Shown one piece after another: positions 38,519-51,389 of a stretch of DNA of 64,000 nt. The number at the start of each line of letters is the position of its first letter. Position 1 is the stretch's first letter. The notes beneath the pieces are model-generated. The model was not told the DNA's origin. It saw nothing but the letters and a program-made list of their open reading frames with translations, and did not search any database. Source of the stretch: Amphiscolops sp. MND2022 (lineage: Eukaryota). The stretch lies in assembly GCA_964187785.1 (NCBI GenBank), contig OZ076412.1, positions 75,020,001-75,084,000 on the forward strand. The letters are read 5' to 3'. The position numbers and the translations under genes are program-made.

Positions 38519-39110
38519 CCAGGTTCGTTTATTTCGTCATTTTTGATTTTCATCTCGTAACATTTATTCGCAAATAAGCGGCCCCTCATTGGAAATTTGG
38601 TTTTGTTTGTGGCTGATTAAGTTTCTCAAATTTCATTTGTGATGAGAGTTTCGATTTATGACAAGATGAATGAAATTGCAAACTGAATTGTTTGAAAAAT
38701 AATTTGTAACTATCTTTGTTCGGGGATGATCCTTGATGTGACAGTCGAATAGTTACCTTACCCTCTTTTGTTCCATTTGTCAGGAGAACCGTTTTAACTG
38801 CCCGATTTTTCGTCAACTTGGGTGAGACTAAATTTCGATTCTAAACCCCAGGTTTTTTCTTCATTTTTGATTCGAATCTCGTAACATCCAATCGCAAATA
38901 AGCGGTCCCCATTGAAAATTAGATTTTGTTTGTTGTTGATTTAGTATCTCCAATTTCATTTGTAATGAGAGTTTCGATTTATGACAAGATGAATGAAATT
39001 GCAAACTGAATTGTTCGAAGAATAACTTGTAACTATCTTTGTTCGGGGATGATCCTTGATGTGACCCTCTATTGGTCCATTTATCAGGAGATCAGTTTTT
39101 AACTTGCCCA
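38519..39110. repeat. Diverged ~323-bp tandem duplication
   Basis: 38519-38820 aligns with 38848-39110 (e.g. gtaactatctttgttcggggatgatccttgatgtgac in both). Confidence 0.8.
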
Positions 39111-39808
39111 AGAACGCTACTTTTAGTCAAGAGTTGGCTTGCATTTTTAAAAGGTTGCTAAACTCAAAAAGCAAATGCAAAAAGTTGAATCTAAAGTTGC
39201 TTTAATTGTTTTGAGCACAGGAATTGACCTTTTGACAAACTTCAGTCCCGAGAAAGTCGATTTAGGAAGTGAGGTCGTCTTTATTAATGGGAGTTTTTTG
39301 ATCATCGAAACGTCTTCTGAGTTTCTATCTATAGTACCTTCTTTGATTAGCTGTCATTCTTTTCTCGGAAATATTTCATCGCTGCACTGACTTGTGTTTT
39401 GTAGGGTAGCAGTTGACGTGGGAACTCGTGTTAACCTTACCTTTCCACAAATCTCCTGGGCAAAGGCTTCGTTTTTCACATTGCGTTGTTCTTTGATATG
39501 TTCCGAATTTTTCAATCATGTTTTGTGATTGCTTTAATTTTTTCTCAACTTTGGTGTCGTGAACTCTTTCGTGGCACTTCCTTCAATGGTTCTTTTGTCT
39601 CCACATGGTGTTGTATTGGGTCCCCTATAGCTCCCACTTTTTGTCGTGAGCGTGTTCTCCTTGGAGTTTCTGTTACCATGGAAGCAGTGCTTGGTGGTGA
39701 TATTTTAGATGTTCTTGGAAAAAGCAATGAACATTTTTCAGTGTGATGAGAGTTTCGATTTATGAAAGCAATGAATAAAGTTTGCTACTGAAGTGGACCT
39801 TCTATATA

Positions 39809-39993
39809 CAGTCGAACTCGGATATAAGAAACACGTATAAAAGAAAAATTTGGATATAAGAAACGTTTTCACTCCTCCGCTTTTGTAGAAGACGCACTTT
39901 CTATGTTGATAGGACAACTGATAAAAGAAACTATGGATAAAAGAAACTCGTTTCTTACCGCCCTCTGAGTTTCTTTTATCCGAGTTTGTACTT
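39809..39993. mobile_element. Tc1/pogo(Tigger)-type MITE, ~185 bp
   Basis: TA-CAGTCGAACTCGGATATAAGAAAC at the left end; degenerate inverted copy GTTTCTTTTATCCGAGTTTGTACT at the right end. Confidence 0.75.
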
Positions 39994-40700
39994 TACCTTT
40001 TGTGACTTCATCTTTTATATATACTTTTCAAGAAAACTATTAATACTAGGGATTATTTTTCGTGTCCAACCAAAAGGCGGCGATCATTAAGAGGGGTTAA
40101 ATTTGAACAGGGTGGGTCTAATTTCAGGCTCATATTGTAGTAGTATGTATAGTAGTTGTTTAAGGTGTTGTCTTTCACGAAGTGCTGGCTACCCGGATTG
40201 TCTATTCTGTTGGCCATTTTCCAACGCAACAGAAAGTACCAATGTTTATTTTCTACTGGAAAGTTCCATTTTCCATCATTTGCACTGCCGAAGTGCTTAA
40301 TAAACGTTGTAAGAGTTGAGAAGCCTGATATTTGGAAACTATTCATGATAAAATATTTCAATCCGAAGGATAAGGAATGTCGGAAGCTCACAGGGGCTAC
40401 TTTTCAGTTGTCGACATGATGAGAGTTTCGATTTATGAGAAGTTGATGAATTCATTTTGAATCTGACTTGTAGTTATTTTCAACGTTAGGTATTTGAACC
40501 GCTCAGCAGTTTTTTGCTATGACTTTCTGATTGTTTGATTCACGAAGGAAAAAAGACTAAATTACCAGCGGGAAATACATTGATTGCGTCGCTTGACTGA
40601 TTAATTGGTCGTTGACAGCATTGACTATTCAAAAGAATGAACGCGAGAAGTCATCAAACTAAATGTTTATTCCTCTTCGAGTAGCATGAACAGTTTGAAG

Positions 40701-43700
40701 TGATACCGGTTACAGCTGGGATCTTGATTACCACTAAAATTCTGATTATTTGGGATGGAGTCGAAGTTTTTGATGTTTAGCGTTTAATAGCAATTATAGT
40801 TGATTAAAGGTTCAGCTTTTTCGGCAGTGATCGGTCGTCTTGCTCCTTGTCACTATTTTTGTGAATGGCTTATTCGGTGATGACAATCTTTCCCCGAATG
40901 ATCCATGGTTTCGCTGACAGATCAAATGATTATGCTTTCTTCTGATCGTTATTTTTTCCATTCTGCTGTTCTTTTCGTTCGAATCTACTGTGCTCTTTTG
41001 TGATGCTACCCTTTCCCGATATGATACCGGTTACCGCTGGGATCTTGATTACCACTAAAATTCTGATTAATTGTGATGGAGTTGAATTGTTTGATGTTTA
41101 GCGTTTAATAGCAATTATAGTTGATTAAAGGTTCAGCTTTTTCGGCAGTGATCGGTCGTCTTGCTCCTCGTCACTATGTTTGTGGATGGCTTATTCGGTG
41201 ATGACAATCTTTCCCCGAATGATCCATGGTTTCGCTGACAGATCAAATGATTATGCTTTCTTCTGATCGTTATTTTTTCCATTCTGCTGTTCTTTTCGTT
41301 CGAATCTACTGTGCTCTTTTGTGATGCTACCCTTTCCCGATATGATACCGGTTACCGCTGGGATCTTGATTACCACTAAAATTCTGATTAATTGTGATGG
41401 AGTTGAATTGTTTGATGTTTAGCGTTTAATAGCAATTATAGTTGATTAAAGGTTCAGCTTTTTCGGCAGTGATCGGTCGTCTTGCTCCTCGTCACTATGT
41501 TTGTGGATGGCTTATTCGGTGATGACAATCTTTCCCCGAATGATCCATGGTTTCGCTGACAGATCAAATGATTATGCTTTCTTCTGATCGTTATTTTTTC
41601 CATTCTGCTGTTCTTTTCGTTCGAATCTACTGTGCTCTTTTGTGATGCTATCCTTTCCCGATATGATACCGGTTACCGCTGGGATCTTGATTACCACTAA
41701 AATTCTGATTAATTGTGATGGAGTTGAATTGTTTGATGTTTAGCGTTTAATAGCAATTATAGTTGATTAAAGGTTCAGCTTTTTCGGCAGTGATCGGTCG
41801 TCTTGCTCCTCGTCACTATGTTTGTGGATGGCTTATTCGGTGATGACAATCTTTCCCCGAATGATCCATGGTTTCGCTGACAGATCAAATGATTATGCTT
41901 TCTTCTGATCGTTATTTTTTCCAATCTCCTGTTCTTTTCGTTCGAATTTACTGTGCTCTTTTGTGATGCTACCCTTTCCCGATATGATACCGGTTACAGC
42001 TGGGATCTTGATTACCACTAAAATTCTGATTATTTGGGATGGAGTCGAAGTTTTTGATGTTTAGCGTTTAATAGCAATTATAGTTGATTAAAGGTTCAGC
42101 TTTTTTGGCAGTGATCGGTCGTCTTGCTCCTTGTCACTATATTTGTGGATGGCTTATTCGGTGATGACAATCTTTCCCCGAATGATCCATGGTTTCGCTG
42201 ACAGATCAAATGATTATGCTTTCTTCTGATCGTTATTTTTTCCAATCTCCTGTTCTTTTCGTTCGAATTTACTGTGCTCTTTTGTGATGCTACCCTTTCC
42301 CGATATGATACCGGTTACAGCTGGGATCTTGATTACCACTAAAATTCTGATTATTTGGGATGGAGTCGAAGTTTTTGATGTTTAGCGTTTAATAGCAATT
42401 ATAGTTGATTAAAGGTTCAGCTTTTTTGGCAGTGATCGGTCGTCTTGCTCCTTGTCACTATATTTGTGGATGGCTTATTCGGTGATGACAATCTTTCCCC
42501 GAATGATCCATGGTTTCGCTGACAGATCAAATGATTATGCTTTCTTCTGATCGTTATTTTTTCCAATCTCCTGTTCTTTTCGTTCGAATTTACTGTGCTC
42601 TTTTGTGATGCTACCCTTTCCCGATATGATACCGGTTACAGCTGGGATCTTGATTACCACTAAAATTCTGATTATTTGGGATGGAGTCGAAGTTTTTGAT
42701 GTTTAGCGTTTAATAGCAATTATAGTTGATTAAAGGTTCAGCTTTTTTGGCAGTGATCGGTCGTCTTGCTCCTTGTCACTATATTTGTGGATGGCTTATT
42801 CGGTGATGACAATCTTTCCCCGAATGATCCATGGTTTCGCTGACAGATCAAATGATTATGCTTTCTTCTGATCGTTATTTTTTCCATTCTGCTGTTCTTT
42901 TCGTTCGAATCTACTGTTCTCTTTTGTGATGCTACCCTTTCCCGATATGATACCGGTTACAGCTGGGATCTTGATTACCACTAAAATTCTGATTATTTGG
43001 GATGGAGTCGAAGTTTTTGAAGTTTAGCGTTTAATAGCAATTATAGTTGATTAAAGGTTCAGCTTTTTTGGCAGTGATCGGTCGTCTTGCTCCTTGTCAC
43101 TATATTTGTGGATGGCTTATTCGGTGATGACAATCTTTCCCCGAATGATCCATGGTTTCGCTGATGGATCAAATGATTATGCTTTCTTCTGATCGTTATT
43201 TTTTCCAATCTCCTGTTCTTTTCGTTCGAATTTACTGTGCTCTTTTGTGATGCTACCCTTTCCCGATATGATACCGGTTACAGCTGGGATCTTGATTACC
43301 ACTAAAATTCTGATTATTTGGGATGGAGTCGAAGTTTTTGATGTTTAGCGTTTATTAGCAATTATAGTTGATTAAAGGTTCAGCTTTTTCGGCAGTGATC
43401 GGTCGTCTTGCTCCTTGTCACTATATTTGTGGATGGCTTATTCAGTGATGACAATCTTTCCCCGAATGATCCATGGTTTCGCTGATGGATCAAATGATTA
43501 TGCTTTTTTCTGATAGTTATTTTTTCCATTCTCCTGTTCTTTTCGTTCGAATTTACTGTGCTCTTTTGTGATGCTACCCTTTCCCGATATGATACCGGTT
43601 ACAGCTGGGATCTTGATTACCACTAAAATTCTGATTATTTGGGATGGTGTCGAAGTTTTTGATGTTTAGCGTTTATTAGCAATTATAGTTGAATAAAGGT

Positions 43701-46700
43701 TCAGCTTTTTCGGCAGTGATCGGTCGTCTTGCTCCTTGTCACTATATTTGTGGGTGGCTTATTCGGTGATGACAATCTTTCCCCGAATGATCCATGGTTT
43801 CGCTGATGGATCAAATGATTATGCTTTCTTCTGATCGTTATTTTTTCCATTCTGATTTTTCGTTCGAATCTACTGTGCTCTTTTGTGATGCTACCCTTTC
43901 CCGATATGATACCGGTTACAGCTGGGATCTTGATTACCACTAAAATTCTGATTATTTGGGATGGTGTCGAAGTTTTTGATGTTTAGCGTTTATTAGCAAT
44001 TATAGTTGAATAAAGGTTCAGCTTTTTCGGCAGTGATCGGTCGTCTTGCTCCTTGTCACTATATTCGTGGGTGGCTTATTCGGTGATGACAATCTTTCCC
44101 CGAATGATCCATGCTTTCGCTGATGGATCAAATGATTATGCTTTCTTCTGATCGTTATTTTTTCCATTCTGATTTTTCGTTCGAATCTACTGTGCTCTTT
44201 TGTGATGCTACCCTTTCCCGATATGATACCGGTTACAGCTGGGATCTTGATTACCACTAAAATTCTGATTATTTGGGATGGAGTCGAAGTTTTTGAAGTT
44301 TAGCGTTTAATAGCAATTATAGTTGATTAAAGGTTCAGCTTTTTTGGCAGTGATCGGTCGTCTTGCTCCTTGTCACTATATTTGTGGATGGCTTATTCGG
44401 TGATGACAATCTTTCCCCGAATGATCCATGGTTTCGCTGACAGATCAAATGATTATGCTTTCTTCTGATCGTTATTTTTTCCAATCTCCTGTTCTTTTCG
44501 TTCGATTTTACTGTGCTCTTTTGTGATGCTACCCTTTCCCGATATGATACCGGTTACAGCTGGGATCTTGATTACCACTAAAATTCTGATTATTTGGGAT
44601 GGAGTCGAAGTTTTTGATGTTTAGCGTTTAATAGCAATTATAGTTGATTAAAGGTTCAGCTTTTTTGGCAGTGATCGGTCGTCTTGCTCCTTGTCACTAT
44701 ATTTGTGGATGGCTTATTCGGTGATGACAATCTTTCCCCGAATGATCCATGGTTTCGCTGACAGATCAAATGATTATGCTTTCTTCTGATCGTTATTTTT
44801 TCCAATCTCCTGTTCTTTTCGTTCGAATTTACTGTGCTCTTTTGTGATGCTACCCTTTCCCGATATGATACCGGTTACAGCTGGGATCTTGATTACCACT
44901 AAAATTCTGATTATTTGGGATGGAGTCGAAGTTTTTGATGTTTAGCGTTTAATAGCAATTATAGTTGATTAAAGGTTCAGCTTTTTTGGCAGTGATCGGT
45001 CGTCTTGCTCCTTGTCACTATATTTGTGGATGGCTTATTCGGTGATGACAATCTTTCCCCGAATGATCCATGGTTTCGCTGACAGATCAAATGATTATGC
45101 TTTTTTCTGATCGTTATTTTTTCCAATCTCCTGTTCTTTTCGTTCGAATTTACTGTGCTCTTTTGTGATGCTACCCTTTCCCGATATGATACCGGTTACA
45201 GCTGGGATCTTGATTACCACTAAAATTCTGATTATTTGGGATGGAGTCGAAGTTTTTGATGTTTAGCGTTTAATAGCAATTATAGTTGATTAAAGGTTCA
45301 GCTTTTTTGGCAGTGATCGGTCGTCTTGCTCCTTGTCACTATATTTGTGGATGGCTTATTCGGTGATGACAATCTTTCCCCGAATGATCCATGGTTTCGC
45401 TGACAGATCAAATGATTATGCTTTCTTCTGATCGTTATTTTTTCCAATCTCCTGTTCTTTTCGTTCGAATTTACTGTGCTCTTTTGTGATGCTACCCTTT
45501 CCCGATATGATACCGGTTACAGCTGGGATCTTGATTACCACTAAAATTCTGATTATTTGGGATGGAGTCGAAGTTTTTGATGTTTAGCGTTTAATAGCAA
45601 TTATAGTTGATTAAAGGTTCAGCTTTTTTGGCAGTGATCGGTCGTCTTGCTCCTTGTCACTATATTTGTGGATGGCTTATTCGGTGATGACAATCTTTCC
45701 CCGAATGATCCATGGTTTCGCTGACAGATCAAATGATTATGCTTTCTTCTGATCGTTATTTTTTCCATTCTGCTGTTCTTTTCGTTCGAATCTACTGTTC
45801 TCTTTTGTGATGCTACCCTTTCCCGATATGATACCGGTTACAGCTGGGATCTTGATTACCACTAAAATTCTGATTATTTGGGATGGAGTCGAAGTTTTTG
45901 AAGTTTAGCGTTTAATAGCAATTATAGTTGATTAAAGGTTCAGCTTTTTTGGCAGTGATCGGTCGTCTTGCTCCTTGTCACTATATTTGTGGATGGCTTA
46001 TTCGGTGATGACAATCTTTCCCCGAATGATCCATGGTTTCGCTGATGGATCAAATGATTATGCTTTCTTCTGATCGTTATTTTTTCCAATCTCCTGTTCT
46101 TTTCGTTCGAATTTACTGTGCTCTTTTGTGATGCTACCCTTTCCCGATATGATACCGGTTACAGCTGGGATCTTGATTACCACTAAAATTCTGATTATTT
46201 GGGATGGAGTCGAAGTTTTTGATGTTTAGCGTTTATTAGCAATTATAGTTGATTAAAGGTTCAGCTTTTTCGGCAGTGATCGGTCGTCTTGCTCCTTGTC
46301 ACTATATTTGTGGATGGCTTATTCAGTGATGACAATCTTTCCCCGAATGATCCATGGTTTCGCTGATGGATCAAATGATTATGCTTTTTTCTGATAGTTA
46401 TTTTTTCCATTCTCCTGTTCTTTTCGTTCGAATTTACTGTGCTCTTTTGTGATGCTACCCTTTCCCGATATGATACCGGTTACAGCTGGGATCTTGATTA
46501 CCACTAAAATTCTGATTATTTGGGATGGTGTCGAAGTTTTTGATGTTTAGCGTTTATTAGCAATTATAGTTGAATAAAGGTTCAGCTTTTTCGGCAGTGA
46601 TCGGTCGTCTTGCTCCTTGTCACTATATTTGTGGGTGGCTTATTCGGTGATGACAATCTTTCCCCGAATGATCCATGGTTTCGCTGATGGATCAAATGAT

Positions 46701-49700
46701 TATGCTTTCTTCTGATCGTTATTTTTTCCATTCTGATTTTTCGTTCGAATCTACTGTGCTCTTTTGTGATGCTACCCTTTCCCGATATGATACCGGTTAC
46801 AGCTGGGATCTTGATTACCACTAAAATTCTGATTATTTGGGATGGTGTCGAAGTTTTTGATGTTTAGCGTTTATTAGCAATTATAGTTGAATAAAGGTTC
46901 AGCTTTTTCGGCAGTGATCGGTCGTCTTGCTCCTTGTCACTATATTTGTGGGTGGCTTATTCGGTGATGACAATCTTTCCCCGAATGATCCATGGTTTCG
47001 CTGATGGATCAAATGATTATGCTTTCTTCTGATCGTTATTTTTTCCATTCTGATTTTTCGTTCGAATCTACTGTGCTCTTTTGTGATGCTACCCTTTCCC
47101 GATATGATACCGGTTACAGCTGGGATCTTGATTACCACTAAAATTCTGATTATTTGGGATGGAGTCGAAGTTTTTGAAGTTTAGCGTTTAATAGCAATTA
47201 TAGTTGATTAAAGGTTCAGCTTTTTTGGCAGTGATCGGTCGTCTTGCTCCTTGTCACTATATTTGTGGATGGCTTATTCGGTGATGACAATCTTTCCCCG
47301 AATGATCCATGGTTTCGCTGATGGATCAAATGATTATGCTTTCTTCTGATCGTTATTTTTTCCAATCTCCTGTTCTTTTCGTTCGAATTTACTGTGCTCT
47401 TTTGTGATGCTACCCTTTCCCGATATGATACCGGTTACAGCTGGGATCTTGATTACCACTAAAATTCTGATTATTTGGGATGGAGTCGAAGTTTTTGATG
47501 TTTAGCGTTTATTAGCAATTATAGTTGATTAAAGGTTCAGCTTTTTCGGCAGTGATCGGTCGTCTTGCTCCTTGTCACTATATTTGTGGATGGCTTATTC
47601 AGTGATGACAATCTTTCCCCGAATGATCCATGGTTTCGCTGATGGATCAAATGATTATGCTTTTTTCTGATAGTTATTTTTTCCATTCTCCTGTTCTTTT
47701 CGTTCGAATTTACTGTGCTCTTTTGTGATGCTACCCTTTCCCGATATGATACCGGTTACAGCTGGGATCTTGATTACCACTAAAATTCTGATTATTTGGG
47801 ATGGTGTCGAAGTTTTTGATGTTTAGCGTTTATTAGCAATTATAGTTGAATAAAGGTTCAGCTTTTTCGGCAGTGATCGGTCGTCTTGCTCCTTGTCACT
47901 ATATTTGTGGGTGGCTTATTCGGTGATGACAATCTTTCCCCGAATGATCCATGGTTTCGCTGATGGATCAAATGATTATGCTTTCTTCTGATCGTTATTT
48001 TTTCCAATCTCCTGTTCTTTTCGTTCGAATTTACTGTGCTCTTTTGTGATGCTACCCTTTCCCGATATGATACCGGTTACAGCTGGGATCTTGATTACCA
48101 CTAAAATTCTGATTATTTGGGATGGAGTCGAAGTTTTTGATGTTTAGCGTTTATTAGCAATTATAGTTGATTAAAGGTTCAGCTTTTTCGGCAGTGATCG
48201 GTCGTCTTGCTCCTTGTCACTATATTTGTGGATGGCTTATTCAGTGATGACAATCTTTCCCCGAATGATCCATGGTTTCGCTGATGGATCAAATGATTAT
48301 GCTTTTTTCTGATAGTTATTTTTTCCATTCTCCTGTTCTTTTCGTTCGAATTTACTGTGCTCTTTTGTGATGCTACCCTTTCCCGATATGATACCGGTTA
48401 CAGCTGGGATCTTGATTACCACTAAAATTCTGATTATTTGGGATGGTGTCGAAGTTTTTGATGTTTAGCGTTTATTAGCAATTATAGTTGAATAAAGGTT
48501 CAGCTTTTTCGGCAGTGATCGGTCGTCTTGCTCCTTGTCACTATATTTGTGGGTGGCTTATTCGGTGATGACAATCTTTCCCCGAATGATCCATGGTTTC
48601 GCTGATGGATCAAATGATTATGCTTTCTTCTGATCGTTATTTTTTCCATTCTGATTTTTCGTTCGAATCTACTGTGCTCTTTTGTGATGCTACCCTTTCC
48701 CGATATGATACCGGTTACAGCTGGGATCTTGATTACCACTAAAATTCTGATTATTTGGGATGGAGTCGAAGTTTTTGATGTTTAGCGTTTAATAGCAATT
48801 ATAGTTGATTAAAGGTTCAACTTTTTCGGCAGTGATCGGTCGTCTTGCTCCTTGTCACTATATTTGTGGATGGCTTATTCAGTGATGACAATCTTTCCCC
48901 GAATGATCCATGGTTTCGCTGATGGATCAAATGATTATGCTTTCTTCTGATCGTTATTTTTTCCATTCTGCTGTTCTTTTCTTTTCGTTCGAATTTACTG
49001 TGCTCTTTTGTGATGCTACCCTTTCCCGATATGATACCGGTTACAGCTGGGATCTTGATTACCACTAAAATTCTGATTATTTGGGATGGTGTCGAAGTTT
49101 TTGATGTTCAGCGTTTATTAGCAATTATAGTTGAATAAAGGTTCAGCTTTTTCGGCAGTGATCGGTCGTCTTGCTCCTCGTCACTATATTTGTGGGTGGC
49201 TTATTCGGTGATGACAATCTTTCCCCGAATGATCCATGGTTTCGCTGATGGATCAAATGATTATGCTTTCTTCTGATCGTTATTTTTTCCATTCTGATTT
49301 TTCGTTCGAATCTACTGTGCTCTTTTGTGATGCTACCCTTTCCCGATATGATACCGGTTACAGCTGGGATCTTGATTACCACTAAAATTCTGATTATTTG
49401 GGATGGAGTCGAAGTTTTTGATGTTTAGCGTTTAATAGCAATTATAGTTGATTAAAGGTTCAGCTTTTTCGGCAGTGATCGGTCGTCTTGCTCCTTGTCA
49501 CTATATTTGTGGATGGCTTATTCGGTGATGACAATCTTTCCCCGAATGATCCATGTTTCGCTGATGGATCAAATGATTATGCTTTCTTCTGATCGTTTTT
49601 TTTCATTCTTCTGTTCTTTTTGTTCGAATCTACTGTGCTCTTTTGTGATGCTACCCTTTCCGGATATGATACGGGTTACCGCTGGGATCTTGATTACCAC

Positions 49701-50272
49701 TAAAATTCTGAATAATTGTGATGAAGTTGAAGTTTTTGATGTTTAGCGTTTAATGGGACTTCTAGTTGATTGAAAGTGCTGCTTTTTCTACAGTGATCGG
49801 TCGTCTTGCTCCTTGTCACTATTTTTGTGGGTGGCCTATTCGGTGATGACAATCTTTCCCCGAATGATCCATGGTTTCGCTGATGGATCAAATGATTATG
49901 CTTTCTTCTGATCGTTATTTTTTCCATTCTCCTGATTTTTCGTTCGAATCTACTGTGCTCTTTTGTGATGCTACCCTTTCCCGATATGATACCGGTTACA
50001 GCTGGGATCTTGATTACCACTAAAATTCTGATTATTTGGGATGGAGTCGAAGTTTTTGATGTTTAGCGTTTAATAGCAATTATAGTTGACTAAAGGTTCA
50101 GCTTTTTCGGCAGTGATCGGTCGTCTTGCTCCTTGTCACTATATTTGTGGATGGCTTATTCGGTGATGACAATCTTTCCCCGAATGATCCATGTTTCGCT
50201 GATGGATCAAATGATTATGCTTTCTTCTGATCGTTTTTTTTTCATTCTTCTGTTCTTTTTGTTCGAATCTAC
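40701..50272. repeat. 321/317-bp satellite array, left arm (~30 monomers)
   Basis: The tgataccgg anchor recurs at 40701, 41022, 41343, 41664 and 41985 (321 bp). A 317-bp variant carries a 4-bp deletion (43701 to 44018). Confidence 0.98.
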
Positions 50273-51328
50273 TGTTGGCGCCAGAGATTGAGAAACCAAC
50301 TTGAACATATTAGCTGGAAATCTTGAGTTACAAAACTTTGTAAAACACTCGAAACTCAAAAGCGTAATTAACTAACCTGTGCTGTTGTGATTAGTTGAAG
50401 TCAAATGATCAATTTGGTAATGGCGCTTAATGTTTGTCCCAAAGTTCATTGTACTTTGATTCTATTCGAACGAGAACGGTGGCGTGATTTGAGGCAAATG
50501 TTATCTATCCAACCTATCGGTCAAATTGCCGTTCATATTGCAGTTTCATTGATAGATTTACCTCTTTATGGAAAATTTTGGAAGGAATTTCCAAATTGGA
50601 GGTGTGAGAGGTCCGAAAACGTGATGGAAAAAGTGATTTTATGTAACTTTGTTATTTGAATATCCTGTGATTTTAAAGGTTATCAACTGTACATCCGCTG
50701 AGTAGAGTATAAATTTGACCAATTTTGATACCATATTCAGAACGCTAATTAAAATATTCTTGAAACTTAAATGTCTTTGACAGCTGTTGAGTAGCTACCC
50801 CGGTTCCGGTTTAGACAGGTTGTGACTGGGAGGGTAGCATTGCACTTCTCAACGATCGAAAAAATAAACGATCAGCTGTTTTAGGAGTCCAAATCAATCA
50901 GAAAAGTACTCTTGAAATAGCTTCATTAGGCGTAGTAGGTCTAAGATCTAGGAAAGCGTTCTATTATCGCTCATCGTAGTAGCGAGATTAAAAGCTCATC
51001 GTAAGAGCTATTCAATTGAAACGACAACCCTCTTTGGAGGCTTGGGTGGAAACAATCCGTTGAGGACGATCAGTTGCTGTGGTTGAGCGTACGACCTCCG
51101 GACAACAAGAGGTGAAGCAGATTTCCAGTCAAAAGAGGGATTGGGATCGAAGTGTTGCTTAGCCTGAAGAGTCTGGTGTTGAGGAGCACGAAGCCGCTAG
51201 CAGCTGAGAACTCATTGAACAGATACAGTCCTTTAGAAAGTTTGTTCCTGCTTTTGGCCGAAGAAGTGGGAAGGATCAGGGACCGGCAGAAAGCTCAATT
51301 CCGCTGTAAGATTTGAGCGGCCGTTACA
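50273..51328 (+). repeat. 5' LTR (1056 bp); TATAAA at 50708, AATAAA at 50863
   Basis: Direct repeat of 57797-58852. I found two substitutions by eye. Confidence 0.97.
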
Positions 51329-51329
51329 T

Positions 51330-51347
51330 TTGGTCCGCCGACCCGGA
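51330..51347 (+). promoter_or_regulatory. Primer-binding site candidate (TTGGTCCGCCGACCCGGA)
   Basis: Begins just after the 5' LTR and contains TGG, the complement of tRNA CCA. Resembles the TGGTCCTTCGAGCCGGA-type PBS of BEL/Pao elements. The cognate tRNA is not determined. Confidence 0.7.
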
Positions 51348-51389
51348 CACTATTTGATTCGGAAATTGGATTGGAAATCGAGAAAGAAG

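Noticed and set aside
50405-50659. 84-aa ORF duplicated at 57929-58183
   Set aside because: It lies inside the LTRs and is duplicated only for that reason; no domain is recognisable.
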